The notes below the pieces were generated by a model. The model was not told the origin of the DNA. It searched no databases and saw nothing but the letters and a program-made list of their open reading frames with translations. Shown here piece after piece: positions 1-12,062 of a stretch of 64,000 bases of DNA. A program made the translations under genes and the position numbers. This stretch comes from Basidiobolus meristosporus CBS 931.73. Lineage: Eukaryota > Fungi > Basidiobolomycota. Each line of letters starts with the position of its first letter. The stretch's first letter is position 1. Where the stretch lies: the NCBI GenBank assembly GCA_002104905.1, contig MCFE01000248.1:50842-114841 (forward strand), read 5' to 3'.

Positions 1-252
1 CCTAAACTAATCGTAATACAACACAACAGAAGGAAGAAGTAAATGCTTTAATAAGCTATGATAACCAATAAAGGAGGTACCAAAGACCCTATAAAGGCAA
101 CAGCAACCTGTTTTGCAACTACTGCAAAAGGAAAGGACACACAACAGACTGGTGCTTCAAAAAGAAAGATAGTCAGCAGAAAAAGCCTGAAGATGGAAAT
201 GCTCCAACAACTGAAGACAGACTATTCATACCAGCACTAAATATGACCACAA
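1..252 (+). pseudogene. Ty1/copia gag C-terminal fragment (zinc-knuckle region), degenerate
   Basis: Nucleotide match to 5640-5890 of the copia element in this window (zinc-knuckle and NMTT region); fused to an LTR fragment at about 253. Confidence 0.8.
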
Positions 253-484
253 GCAAAAAAAATACCAGGTACCCAGAACATGAAAATTCACAATGTTGTC
301 CAGACAGCCCCAAACTTTGCACAAATGTTGTTGAGACCTTCCTTAACCTATTCTACATGTTTGGTATGCCAAGAACATGTAAAAGTATAAGTACTTTGCT
401 TACATTCAATAAAACATCAAGTAAAAACCACATAATCTCCTTGTCCTCCCAATCACTTTCAATATCTCCAAGACTCTTACAACA
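253..484 (+). repeat. Partial copia LTR (3' two-thirds)
   Basis: Matches the LTR from ...ggtacccagaacatgaaaatt to the terminus ...ctcttacaaca (ends 484); no PBS follows. Confidence 0.85.
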
Positions 485-923
485 ATTTACACATCAAATG
501 GAAGCAAAAGCTGTATTTTTGAATGGGGAAATTGATGAGGACATGTATATAGACCCAACAGATGGGTTTGTTGACCAAGATAATCCCCATTTGGTCTGCA
601 AGCTTAAAAAGTCTCCATATACTCTTAAACAATCACCAAGATCCTCAAATTGCAAGATAAATTCTTATTTGCAGTCCTTGAGTTTGCAAAAGAGTAATGC
701 TGACTAAAGCATATACTATAAGCCAGATAGAGTAAATCCAGCTCTATTAGCTCAATGTGCGGATGATCTTATTATAGCCACCAATAAGCTAGTAACATTG
801 GAAGAGACTAAATCCAGCCTATCTAAGGAGTTCAAGATGTCCAATCTAGGAGAACTCAGTTACTACTAAGGGATTAAGTTCTCCATTGACAGAGGTACCA
901 AGACAATTACCCTAAGCCAATCC
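485..923 (+). pseudogene. Copia reverse transcriptase fragment
   Basis: HQMEAKAVFLNGEIDEDMY...LVCKLKKS (degenerate HQMDVKTAFLNG); homologous to about 7777-8205; interrupted by the LTR at 924. Confidence 0.85.
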
Positions 924-1272
924 TATAGTAAGAGTCTTGGAGATATTGGAAGTGATTTGGGAGAACAAATAGATTATGTGGTTTTCACTTAATGTTTTAT
1001 TGAATGTAAAAGATATATTTATACTTTTACATGTTCTTGGCATACCAAACATGTAGAATAGGCTAAGGAAGATCTCAAGAACATGTATGCACAGTTTGGG
1101 GCTGTTTGGACAACTTTGAGAATTTTCATGTTCTGGGTACCTGGTATTTTGGTGAAAATATTCTAAGTAAATCCCAACAAGGAATTTGGTCAGTATTCTC
1201 TAGGATTTGAAGGTAATGATCTAAGTGACTAAGCTAGGTGAGTGTTTAGTTGGAATTACAAATTTTACAACA
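924..1272 (-). repeat. 3' LTR of outer copia
   Basis: 349 bp; inner end TGTTG intact, outer end degenerate (tatag); about 43 substitutions and 2 indels versus 9894-10242 by manual count. Confidence 0.9.
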
Positions 1273-1283
1273 CTCCCACTCAG

Positions 1284-4200
1284 CTAAATGTTTTTACTGA
1301 CTACTCCTAATTTGAGCTAAGATATTCAAATATGTCTTTAGCTAATGGTTTTGTAAATATGGCTGCAATCATTTCATCAGTAGGACAGTAAACTAAGCTA
1401 ACTAAGTTATTCTCTATAGCTTCACATATGAAATGATGTCTAATATCTATGTGCTTGGCTCTAGCATGAAAAGTTAGATATCTACCTAATTATATACATC
1501 CTTGATTATCTCAAAATAAAGTTATAGGTGTTTTTTGGCATATACCTTAATCTGTATAAAGCTTTTGTAACCACATTGCTTCTTTTGTAGCTTCACAGGC
1601 TGCCATATACTCTGCCTCTGTGATTGAAAGTGCCACGGTTGGTTACTTTCTTGAACTCCATGATATTGCTCCTTTTCCATAAAGCAAGGTGTATCCTATG
1701 GTAGATCTTCTGTCTTCCAAGTTTTGTCCCCAAACAGCATCAGAGTATTCCACAAGATCCTTCTCTGAATTCTTATAAGTGTATCTTAAGCAGATATTGG
1801 CAGTCCCTTTTAGGTATCTAAAAATCTGCTTAACTGCTGTAATATGATCAGATCCATAGTTCTGATTTTGCTGGCTGACAACTCCCACTGAATATGAGAT
1901 ATCTGGACATGCTCCAAGCATAATATACATCCAACTGCTGATCATAGATTGATAAGGAAAGTCAGGGCTTTCAGATGGCACCAAGCTCCCTTGATTTTGT
2001 TGAGTTGTGACAAAGAAAAGGTTTGTCTCCATTGGGGTGGCTGCCAGTTTACAGTTTTCCATTTGGTACTTCTTTAGTATATCTTGAATATAGTTGGATT
2101 GGCTCAAGGTAATAGTCTTAGTACTTCTGTCTATGGAAATCTTAATCTCTAAGTAGTAACTGAGTTCTCCTAGTTTGGACATCTTGAACTCCTTAGATAG
2201 GCTGGATTTAGTCTCTTCCAATGTTTCTAGGTTATTGGCGGTTATAATAAGATCATTCACATATAGAGTTAATAGGACTGGATTTGCTCTATCTGGCTTA
2301 TATTATACACTATAGTCAGCATTACTCCTTCTGAAACTCAAAGATTCCAAATAAGAATCCATCTTGCAATTCCAGGCTCTTGGTGATTGTTTGAGACCAT
2401 ATAGTGACTTCTAAAACTTGCAAACCAAATGAGGGTTATCTTGATCAGCAAACCCATCAGGCTGGTCCATATACATGTCCTCATCAAGTTCTCCATTCAA
2501 AAATGCAGTTTTTACATCCATTTGATGAATAAAAAACTTATATTTGGCTGCAATAGCCAATATTAATATGATGGAATTAAACTCAGCTACTGGTGCAAAG
2601 GTCTCAGTATAGTCAAGTCCTTTTGTTTGAGAATATCCTTTGGCCACAAGTCTTGCTTTGTATCTTTCAATTGTATCATCTGCTTGGTATTTTGTCTTGA
2701 AAACCCATCTACATCCAATTGACTTTTGGTTGATTGGTAACTTGACTAAGTCCCAACTTTGATTTTCCATCAGGGCCTGATATTCCTCAGTCATTGCAGA
2801 TCTCCAAAACCTTGTCTGAGGGCTATTTAGGGCCTCTTTTATAGTCTGGGGCTCATCAATATGGGCTGAATAGGCATAGGCTAAGTTTGTACCCTCATTT
2901 ATATAGTAATTTGGGCTATTTCTTGCCTGATTTGATCTCCAGGCATTTTATATTGGAATGATCACTTCTGTGATATTCCTAGCCACTGCTGCAGGCTGAA
3001 CCATGGTTGTAGAGTCCTGTGGAGTGAAAAAGAACTGATTGTCTTGCTCTTATTCAATCCTGACAGTTGGCGGACTTGAGATCAGATTTCTGTCATCATC
3101 TGATGCCATTTTTTGTGAAATTTTCAAATTTTCATCACACAACACATTCCTAGACTTGATCAGCTTTGTTGCTTTGGTATTTTAGAGTCTGTATGCTTCA
3201 CTCTGATTTCAGTAACCCATAAATTTGCACTTTACACTTTTTGGTTCCAATTTTGACTGATTTCCAGGTGGTTTCTTGACATATGCTCCACACCCATATA
3301 TTTTTAGATGTCCTGCACTTGGTCAGTACCCATACTATGCTTCAAATGGAGTAGAACCACAAGGTATTCTGTAATAACTCTTATTTCTAAGGTACACAGG
3401 AGTGGCAACTGATTCCACCCAAAAATCATAAGATAATTTTTGATCATGGATCATTGATCTTGCCATATCAATCATTGATCTGTTTGCATGTTCTGCTACT
3501 CCATTTTGCTGTAGGGAGTATGGTACAGTAGTCTTTTGCTTTATCCCATGAATTTTGCAGGTGTGGATGAAGAGTTTTGAGGTATATTCTCCACCCTTGT
3601 CAGAGTGTATTTTCTTGATTTTTTCACCAGTTTCTCTCTCCACCATGGCTTTGAGCTCCCTGAGCTTAGACAGAGCTTCTTCCTTTTTCTCCATGAAGTA
3701 GACCCACCTTTACCTTGTATAATCATCAATAAAAGTGATTAAATATCTCATCCCACCAAAGGGAAAATTTTGCATAGGTCCACACAGATCTGAGTTAGTT
3801 AGATCTAGTTTTTTCTTAGTTTTGATCAACCCAGAGCTCTTGAATGGCTTTCTGGCCTGTTTCTCATACATGCAGGCTTCACAGTGCTCCAAATTAGCTG
3901 AGGGATCAATTTTTACTCCGCAAATTAGCTGATCTTTGATTGTTTTGTGCAAATAATCATAATTGATGTGCCCAAAACTCCTGTGCCAGAGCATTGGTGT
4001 TTCCTCATTTAAGCTACTTATATTGGCTTCCAGATATGATGAAATATAAGTCAGCTTGTATAGACTCTGATTTCTGATACCCAAAGCAATATGGGCTCTT
4101 TTTGATCAGTGATCCTGCATCCAGAGTTGTCAAAGCTGAAGCTGAGTCCCTCTGCTGTGGCCTTACTCACAGATAGTAGGTTCTTGGCTATTTCAGGTAC

Positions 4201-4731
4201 ATAGAGTACTTCTTTAAAGGTTAATATATGGCTTCCTTCACTGCTTCTAAGGTTTAATTGGATAGTTCCTTCTCCCACAGCATCAAGTGTTCTATTGCCA
4301 CCCATGAAAACCTTCTTAATTGGAATTTCTTGATATTGGGTAAGAAGTTCCTTTTAGTGTGTAGAGTGATGCAATGCTCCAGAGTCCATGTACCACATCT
4401 GAGAATCCTTGTTTGTGGTCATATTTAGTGCAGATATGAATAGTCTATCTTCAGTTGTTGCAGCATATCCATATTCAGACTTCTTTTGCTGATTATCTTT
4501 CTTTTCAAGACACCGGTCTGATGTGTGTCCTTTCCTTTTGCAGTAGTTACAAAACAGGTTGCTGTTGCCTTTGTAGGGTCTTGGGCTCCTCCTTTGTTGC
4601 CTATCATTACTTATTAAAGCATTTTCTTTATCCTTCTTGTTGGTGCTTGATCTTCTTAGTTCATCATCCAGGAGCCTTCCTAATACATAATTTAAGGTCA
4701 AATCTTCAGTTCTGGACTCTAGAGCTGATAC
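1284..4731 (-). pseudogene. Outer copia gag(C-term)-PR-IN-RT-RNaseH, frameshifted
   Basis: FCNYCKRKGHTSDRC knuckle, WYMDSGA protease, WHRSFGH/CEAC and SDLCGP/SDKGGEY/NGVAE integrase, YKARLVAKGY and HQMDVKTAFLNG RT, YSDAVW RNase H; several stops and frameshifts. Confidence 0.9.
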
Positions 4732-5073
4732 TGTTGTAAAAATTTGTATTTCCACCTAAATACTCACCTAACTTAGTCACTTAGATCATTACCTTCATAT
4801 CCTAGAGAATACTGACCAAATTCCTTGTTGGGATTTACTTAGAATATTTACCCAGAACATGAAAATTAGATAAGTTGTCAAAACAGCCCCAAACAGCCCC
4901 AAACTTTGCACACATGCTCTTGGAACCTTCCTTAAGCTATACTATGTGTTTGTAATGCCAAGACCAGGTAAAAGCATAAATACTACTTTTACATTCAATA
5001 AATCATTAAGTGAAAACCACATAATCTACTTGTTCTCTCAATCACTTTCAATATTTCCAAGACTCTTACAACA
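4732..5073 (+). repeat. 5' LTR of inner copia (342 bp)
   Basis: About 13 substitutions versus the 3' LTR plus a 10-bp tandem duplication (aaacagcccc). Confidence 0.95.
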
Positions 5074-5085
5074 GGTTATGAGCCC
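5074..5085 (+). promoter_or_regulatory. Primer-binding site GGTTATGAGCCC (complementary to the initiator tRNA-Met anticodon arm)
   Basis: Directly follows the 5' LTR; reverse complement GGGCUCAUAACC is the fungal tRNAiMet anticodon stem-loop; identical copy at 59412-59423. Confidence 0.85.
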
Positions 5086-5104
5086 CAAGCTGTCACTCTC
5101 CGCA

Positions 5105-8100
5105 ATGTCTACCACTGCTATTACTGGAATCTTTCCCTCTGCTGAAAAGTTGGATGGATCTAAATACCAAGTGTGGAAGGTGAAGATGAAGATGCTGCTG
5201 CAAGAAAGAGTCTGTTAGGATATTTTCATGGGAGAAGAAGCTTTAGAGTACTAGAAGAAAGAACAAAGTGCCTTTAACTGCATTTGCCTTGATGTTAAGG
5301 ACAAATTGCTGATTCAGTGCTCAAGAGTAAAAACAGCAAAGAATGCCTGGAAGGCATTAGAAGACACTTACCAGTCATGTTCAGCTGCTACAACAATCTA
5401 TCCAAGACAAAAATTCTTTACTACAAAGATGCTGTCAGGAGAAGAAATAAAAAATCTAATTAACAGAATTACCCTGCTGGTAGATGCGATGGAATCTGTT
5501 GGCGTACCAACTACTGATGAGGATGTGAAAGTTGCCATCCTGAATAGCCTGACAGACAAGTTTCAGGGCCATGTATCAGCCCTGGAGTCCAGAACTGAAG
5601 ATTTGACCTTAAACTATGTATATGGAAGGCTCCTGGATGAAGAATTAAGAAAATCAAGTGCCAATAAGAAGGAAGAAGAAAATGCTTTAATAAGCAATGA
5701 TAACCAACAAAGGAGGTACCCAAGACCCTATAAAGGCAACAGCAACCTGTTTTGCAACTACAGCAAAAGGAAAGGACACACATCAGACTGGTGTCTTGAA
5801 AAGAAATATAATCAGCAAAAGAAGCCTGAATATGGAAATGCTGCAACAACTTAAGATAGACTATTCATATTTGCACTAAATATGACCACAAAAAAGGATT
5901 CTCAGATGTGGAATATTGGCTCTGGAACATCTCAACACTCTACACACCAAAAAGAACTTTTTACCCAATATCAAGAAATTCCAATTAAGAAGGTTTTCAT
6001 GGGTGACAATATAACACTTGATGCAGTGGAAGAAGGAACTATCCAAGTAAACCTAAGAAGCAGTGAAGGAAGCCATACACTGACCTTTAAAGAAGTACTC
6101 TATGTACCAGAAATAGCCAAGAACCTACTATCTGTAAGCAAGGCCACTGCAGAAGGACTCAGTTTCAGCTTTGACAATTCTGGATGCAAGATCACTGATC
6201 AAAATGGTGCCCATATTGCTTTGGGTATCAGAGATCAGAATTTATACAAGTTGACTTATATTCCATCATATTTGGAAGCCAATATAAGTAGCTTAAATGA
6301 AGAAATACCAATGCTCTGGCACAGGAGATTTGGGTACATCAATTTTGATTATTTGCGCAAAATGATCAAAGATCAGCTAATTTTGGGAGTAAAAATTGAT
6401 CCCCCAGCTAATTTGGAGCACTGTGAAGCCTGCATATATGGGAAACAAGCCAGACAACCATTCAAGAGCTCTAGGTTAATCAAAACTAAGAAAAAATTAG
6501 ATCTAACTTGCTCAGATCTGTGTGGACCTATGCAAAATTTGTCCTTAGGCGGGATGAAGTATTTAATCACTTTTATTGATGATTATACAAGATACACATG
6601 GGTCTACTTCATGGAGAGAGAAGAAAAAGCTCTGTCTAAGTTCAGGGAGCTCAAAGCCATGATGGAGAGAGAAACTGGTGAAAAAATCAAGAAAATATGC
6701 TCTGACAATGGTGGAGAATATACCTCAAAACTCTTCATCCACACCTGCAAAATTCATGGGATAAAGCACAAGACTACTATACCATACTCCCCACAGCAAA
6801 ATGGAGTAGCAGAATGTGCTAACAGATCAATAATAATATGGCAAGATCTATGATCCATGATAAAAAATTATCCTATGATTTTTGGGTAGAATCAGTTGCC
6901 ACTGCTGTATTTCTTAAAAATAGGAGTTATAACAGAATACTTTGTGATTCTACTCCATTTGAAGCATGGTATGGATGCAGACCAAGTGCAGAACATCTAA
7001 GAATACTTGGGTGTACAGCATATGCCAAGAAACTGCCTGGAAATCAGTCACAACTTGAGACAAAAAGTGTAAAATGCATATTTTTGGGCTACTGCAATGA
7101 GAGTAAAGCATACAGACTCTACAATACCAAAGAAAAGACGCTAATAAAGTCCAGGGATGTGTTGTCTGATGAAAATTCAAAATTTTCACAAAAAATGACA
7201 TCAGATGATGACAAAAATTTGATCCCAAGTCCACCAATTGTCAGGATTGAATCAGAACAAAACAATGAAATTTTTTCACTCCAGAGGACTCTACAACCAT
7301 GATTCAGCCAGAATCAGTGCCCAGGAATATCCCAGAAGTGATCATTCCAGTATCAAATGCCCGGAGATCCAATCGGACAAGAAATAGCCCAAATTACTAT
7401 ATCAATGAGGGTACAAACTTAGCCTATGCCTATTCAGTCCATATTGATGAGCCCCAGACTGTAAAAGAGGCCCTAAATAGCCCTCAGACAAGGTTTTGGA
7501 GATCTGCAATGACTGAGGAATATCAGGCCCTGATGGAAAATCTAACTTGGGACTTAGTCAAGTTACCAATCAACCAAAAGTCAATTGGTTGCAGATGGGC
7601 CTTCAAGACAAAATACAAGGCTGATGGTACAACTGAAAGATACAAAGCAAGACTTGTAGCCAAAGGGTACTCTCAAACAAAAGGACTAGATGATACTGAG
7701 ACCTTTGCACCGGTAGCCAAGTTTAATTCCTTCAGATTAATATTGGCAATTGCAGCCAAATATAAGTTTTTTATTCATCAAATGGATGTAAAACTGCATT
7801 TTTGAATGGAGAACTTGATGAGGTTGTGTAAATGGACCAGCCTGATGGGTTTGTTGACCAAGATAACCCTCATTTGGTCTGCAAGCTCAAAAAGTCACTA
7901 TATGGTCTCAAACAATTATTAAGAGCCTGGAAATGCAAGATAGATTCTTATTTGGAATCTTTGAGTTTCAAAAGGAGTAATGCTGACTATAGTGTATAAT
8001 ATAAGCCAGATAGAGTGAATCCAGCTCTATTAGCTCTATATGTGGATGATCTTATTATAGCCACCAATAATCTAGAAACATTGGAAGTGACAAAATTTAG

Positions 8101-9019
8101 CCTATCTAATGAGTTCAAGATGTCCAATCTAGGAGAACTGAGTTACTACTTAGGGATTAAGTTCTCCATAGACAGAAGTACCCAGACTATCACCCTAAGC
8201 CAATCCAAGTATATTCAAGATATACTAAAGAAGTACAAAATGGAAGACTGTAAACCGGCAGCTACCCCAATGGAGACAAACCTTGACTTGGTCACAACTC
8301 AACCAAATCAAGAGAGCTTGGTGTCATCTCAAAGCCCTGACTTTCCTTATCAATCTATAGTTGGCAGTCTGATATGTATCATGCTTGGAACACATCCAGA
8401 TATCTCATATTCAGTGAGAGTTGTCAGCCAACATTATCAGAACTATGGATCTGATCATATTGCAGCAGTTAAGCGGATTTTTAGATACCTAAAAGGAACT
8501 GCTGATATCTGCTTTAGATACACTTATAAGAACTCAGAACAGGATCTTGTGGGATACTCTGATGCTGATTGGGGACGGAATTTAGAAGACAGAAGATCCA
8601 CCACAGGATACACCTTTCTTTACTGTAAAGGAGCAATTTTGTGGAATTCAAGAAAGCAACCAACCGTAGCACTTTCCACTACAGAGGCAGAGTATATGGC
8701 AGCCTGTGAAGCTACAAAAGAAGCAATGTGGTTAAGAAAACTTTTTACAGATTTAGGCCTATGTCAAAAAACGCCTATTACTTTATTTCAAGATAATCAA
8801 GGATGTATACAATTAAGTAGAAATCCAACTTTTCATGCTAGAACCAAGCACATAGATATTAGACATCTTTTCATATGTGAAGCTATATAGAATAGCTTAG
8901 TTAGCTTAGTTTACTGTCCTACAGATGCAATGATTGCAGACATATTTACCAAACCATTAGCTAGAGACAAGTTTGAATATCTTAGGTCAAAATTAGGACT
9001 AGTCAGTATGAACATTTAG
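5105..9019 (+). pseudogene. Inner copia gag-pol, disrupted
   Basis: All copia domains present (AEKLDGS.Y, DDE integrase, LYVDDL, YSDADW, RTKHIDIR), but with premature stops, frameshifts, a short gag deletion and protease DSG->GSG. Confidence 0.93.
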
Positions 9020-9030
9020 CTGAATGGGAG

Positions 9031-9362
9031 TGTTGTAAAAGTTTGTATTTCCACCTAAATATTCACCTAACTTATTCACTTAGATCATTATCTCCATATC
9101 CTAGAGAATACTGACCAAATTCCTTGTTGGGATTTACTTAGAATATTTACCCAGAACATGAAAATTAGATAAGTTGTCCAAACAGCCCCAAACTTTGCAC
9201 ACATGTTCTTGGAACCTTCCTTAAGCTATACTATGTGTTTGTAATGCCAAAACCAGGTAAAAGCATAAATACTACTTTTACATTCAATAAATCATTAAGT
9301 GAAAACCACATATTCTACTTGTTCACCCAATCACTTCCAATATCTCCAAGACTCTTACAACA
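9031..9362 (+). repeat. 3' LTR of inner copia (332 bp)
   Basis: Preceded by the purine-rich tract tttagctgaatgggag and followed by TSD GATAC. Confidence 0.95.
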
Positions 9363-9367
9363 GATAC

Positions 9368-9862
9368 AAGACCCAGAAACCTGTCTGTCAGGCTATTCAG
9401 GATGGTCACTATCACATCCTCATCAGTAGTTGGTATGCTCACATATTCCATCTCATCTACCAGCAGGGTAATTCTGTTGATTAGTTTTTTTATTTGTTCT
9501 CCTGGCAGCATCTTTGTAGTAAAGAGTTTTTGTCTTGGATAGATTTTCTTAGCAGCTGAACATGACTGGTAGGTGTCTTCTAATGCCTTCCAGGCATTCT
9601 TTGCCAGTTTTGCTCTTGAGCATTGAATTAGCAATTTGTCCTTGACATTAAGGCAAATGCAGTTAAAGGCACTTTGTTCTTTCTTCTGGTACTCTAAAGC
9701 TTCCTCTCCCACATTTCTAGGAGGGCATTCTTCTCACATGACAATATCCCAAAGGCCTCTTTCTTGTAGCAGCATCTTCATCTTCACCTTCCTCACTTGG
9801 TAGTTAGATCCATCCAACTTTTCAGCAGAGGGAAAAATTCCAGTAATAGCAGTAGTAGACAT
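9368..9862 (-). pseudogene. Outer copia gag N-terminal part
   Basis: MSTTAITGIFPSAEKLDGSNYQV...; frameshifted; continues at 4731 after removing the insertion. Confidence 0.9.
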
Positions 9863-9893
9863 TACAGAGAGTGAGAGCTTGGGGCTCATCACC

Positions 9894-10242
9894 TGCTGTA
9901 TGAGTCTTGGTGATATTGGAAGTGACTGGGAGAACAATTAGATCATGTGGTGTGCACTTAATGATTTATTGAATGTAAGAGTAGTATTTATACTTTTACC
10001 TGGTCTTGGCATTACAAACACATAGAATAGCTTAAGAAAGGTCCCAAGAACATGTGTGCAAAGTTTGGGGCTGTTTGGACAACTTAGAGTATTTTCATGT
10101 TCTGGGTACCTTGTATTTTGGTGAAATTATTCTAAGTAAGTCCTGACAAGAAATTTGGTCTGTATTCTCTAGGATTTGAAGGCAATGATCTAAGTGACTA
10201 TGCTAGGTGAATATTTAGGTGGTATTACAAATTTTTACAACA
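9894..10242 (-). repeat. 5' LTR of outer copia
   Basis: 349 bp, abuts the PBS variant at 9882-9893. Confidence 0.9.
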
Positions 10243-10663
10243 CCAACCTTGGTAGTTAGATCCATCCAGCTTCTCAGCAAAAGAAAGGTTCCAATGAGTG
10301 ACAGCCTGGGGCTTATAGCTGGTTGTAAGAGTTCTGAGGATATTAGAAGTGATTGGAATATCAAGTAGATCATGTGGTCTCCATAAGTGATATATTTAGT
10401 GTCAAAGCAAAGTTTATACATTTACATAGTCTTGGCAAAATAAATATGCAAAATACATTCAGGATAGTCCCAAAGTTATGTATTGAAGGTTTGGGGCTGT
10501 TTGGGTTACCTTAAGATATTTCATGCTCAGGGTACCTGATGTTTGGTGAGAAAATCCCAAGTAAATCCCAAGGAATTTGGGCAGGATTCTCTAAGATCTG
10601 TAGACTATGAACCTAGTGATACAACAAGGTAAATATTTAGATATAATTACAAGATTCACAACA
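10243..10663 (-). mobile_element. Diverged copia 5' LTR (10321-10663) with degenerate PBS and start of gag
   Basis: LTR-homologous 343 bp ending ...cacaaca; degenerate PBS at about 10309-10320; gag start region (AEKLDGSNYQ) truncated by the outer element. Confidence 0.75.
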
Positions 10664-10724
10664 AAAATCACATATTCTACCTATCCACTCAGTCACATTC
10701 ATTATCTCCAAAACTCTTACAACA
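10664..10724 (+). repeat. 61-bp copia LTR 3'-end fragment, inverted relative to the adjacent LTR
   Basis: aaaatcacatattctac...actcttacaaca matches the last 61 bp of the LTR. Confidence 0.75.
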
Positions 10725-11332
10725 TGTACAACTATCAGTATTGTAGGTCCAAGCCATTTGGTGGACAAAAAGACTGATTTCTAGGAGGAGGCTAGACTAG
10801 TTGATTCTGATGCCAAATTTGGTAATGGGCTACTCACTACCTCTGCCAAGATTTAAAACTAAAATCTTGAAGGCAAAACACTGGCTGAATGCTGGCAGAT
10901 TATCAGATGAATTCCATGTGATATTTTTCATAGGGAAAGGCAGAGAATCAATTAAAGAAACCTAGGGAGTTTTTGAGTGGAAAACTCTGATCTAGTCTTT
11001 TGGATGCTTGGGGTACAGTTTTATTCAGATGGTTACTGTATGGTATGCTGACAGCATGAATACCTATCAGTCATGGGATCTCAATTTTGTGATGGCCTTT
11101 TAATGGGACTGTCACAATTATTTCTCATGGGGGATGTAAGATGGTGGAATTTTGATAAGCCACATGTTTGCACGCAACAAGTCATCAGGTGAGAGCCACA
11201 TAATTTACTGGGCATCCCCATCACTTCCAACATCTCCAGAACCCTCACAACAGCAAAAGTTGGTGAACATCTCCCCAACCCCGACCATTTACGAATTGGG
11301 CATCGCAAGTTTGAGGTGACTAGTTTTGCACA

Positions 11333-11548
11333 GTGTCTGGACGGTTTCTTTCAGAAAGGTACTGGGAAAGTCACCCACTGAACTTGGGACTTTTCTGGAA
11401 GATGCTGACCAACTCTTTACATCTGCAAAGCACAAGTGTGTGTTGCAGGAACTGTTTAGGAGCAGAACACAGCGATCGCCACTGCACCTATAGAATTGGA
11501 ACCAGCCCTTCCGGGGCCTTACACCAAACATTCCTACATCCAACATGA
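11333..11548 (+). pseudogene. Degenerate Gag-like relic with CCHC zinc knuckle
   Basis: CRNCLGAEHSDRHC (CX2CX4HX4C) at 11444-11485 within a stop-ridden region; family not identifiable. Confidence 0.35.
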
Positions 11549-12062
11549 GAGTGCGCTACAAATTCCTTGGATGTCTTTAATTCCTGGGCCAAATCTAGTG
11601 ATGATAGATACCTTCGAATGGGCTCCAGATAGCTTTCTGGGGAGCCCAGGGTGCAGCCTGTGGGCGGCCCACGGAGTGCAAAGAAAATGAGCTCACATTT
11701 GTTACAGCGTCCTCGGAGACTGTGTGAAAGGCTTGAGGGTGGTGATGGACTTTATGTGGATGAACACACTCCCAAAAGAACAAAAAAAAGTCGGGAACCG
11801 TCATGGTGAATATTGGTGGAATCATCCAGAAAGCAAGTATGAGGGTGTTCATAGGGAAGCTGAAGACGAGAGTGCATGAGTATACTGGATCCTCTGGAGA
11901 GGGTAGTAGGGACATCTCCGAGAACTACTCCAGCAATGGGGGTTGGGGTTACAAGTGGGAAGGTGTGGTGTGAAATCCACTAGGAGAGGTGTAGTGAAGG
12001 TAGGGTTCGTTAAGTGTGAGGGAATGCAACCTAGTGGTGATGGACTGGGCGAGTTGACTTAT

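Larger units (their letters stand above)
4732..9362 (+). mobile_element. Inner (younger) full-length Ty1/copia retrotransposon, 4631 bp
   Basis: TGTTG...CAACA LTRs at 4732-5073 and 9031-9362; PBS 5074-5085; PPT 9015-9030; identical 5-bp TSD GATAC at 4727-4731 and 9363-9367. Confidence 0.97.
924..10242 (-). mobile_element. Outer (older) Ty1/copia LTR retrotransposon, interrupted in gag by the inner element
   Basis: LTRs at 924-1272 and 9894-10242; PBS variant GGTGATGAGCCC (9882-9893); PPT next to 1273-1288; gag starts at 9862, pol ends at 1284; order gag-PR-IN-RT-RH; gag is contiguous once 4732-9362 and one TSD copy are removed; no TSD at its own ends. Confidence 0.9.
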
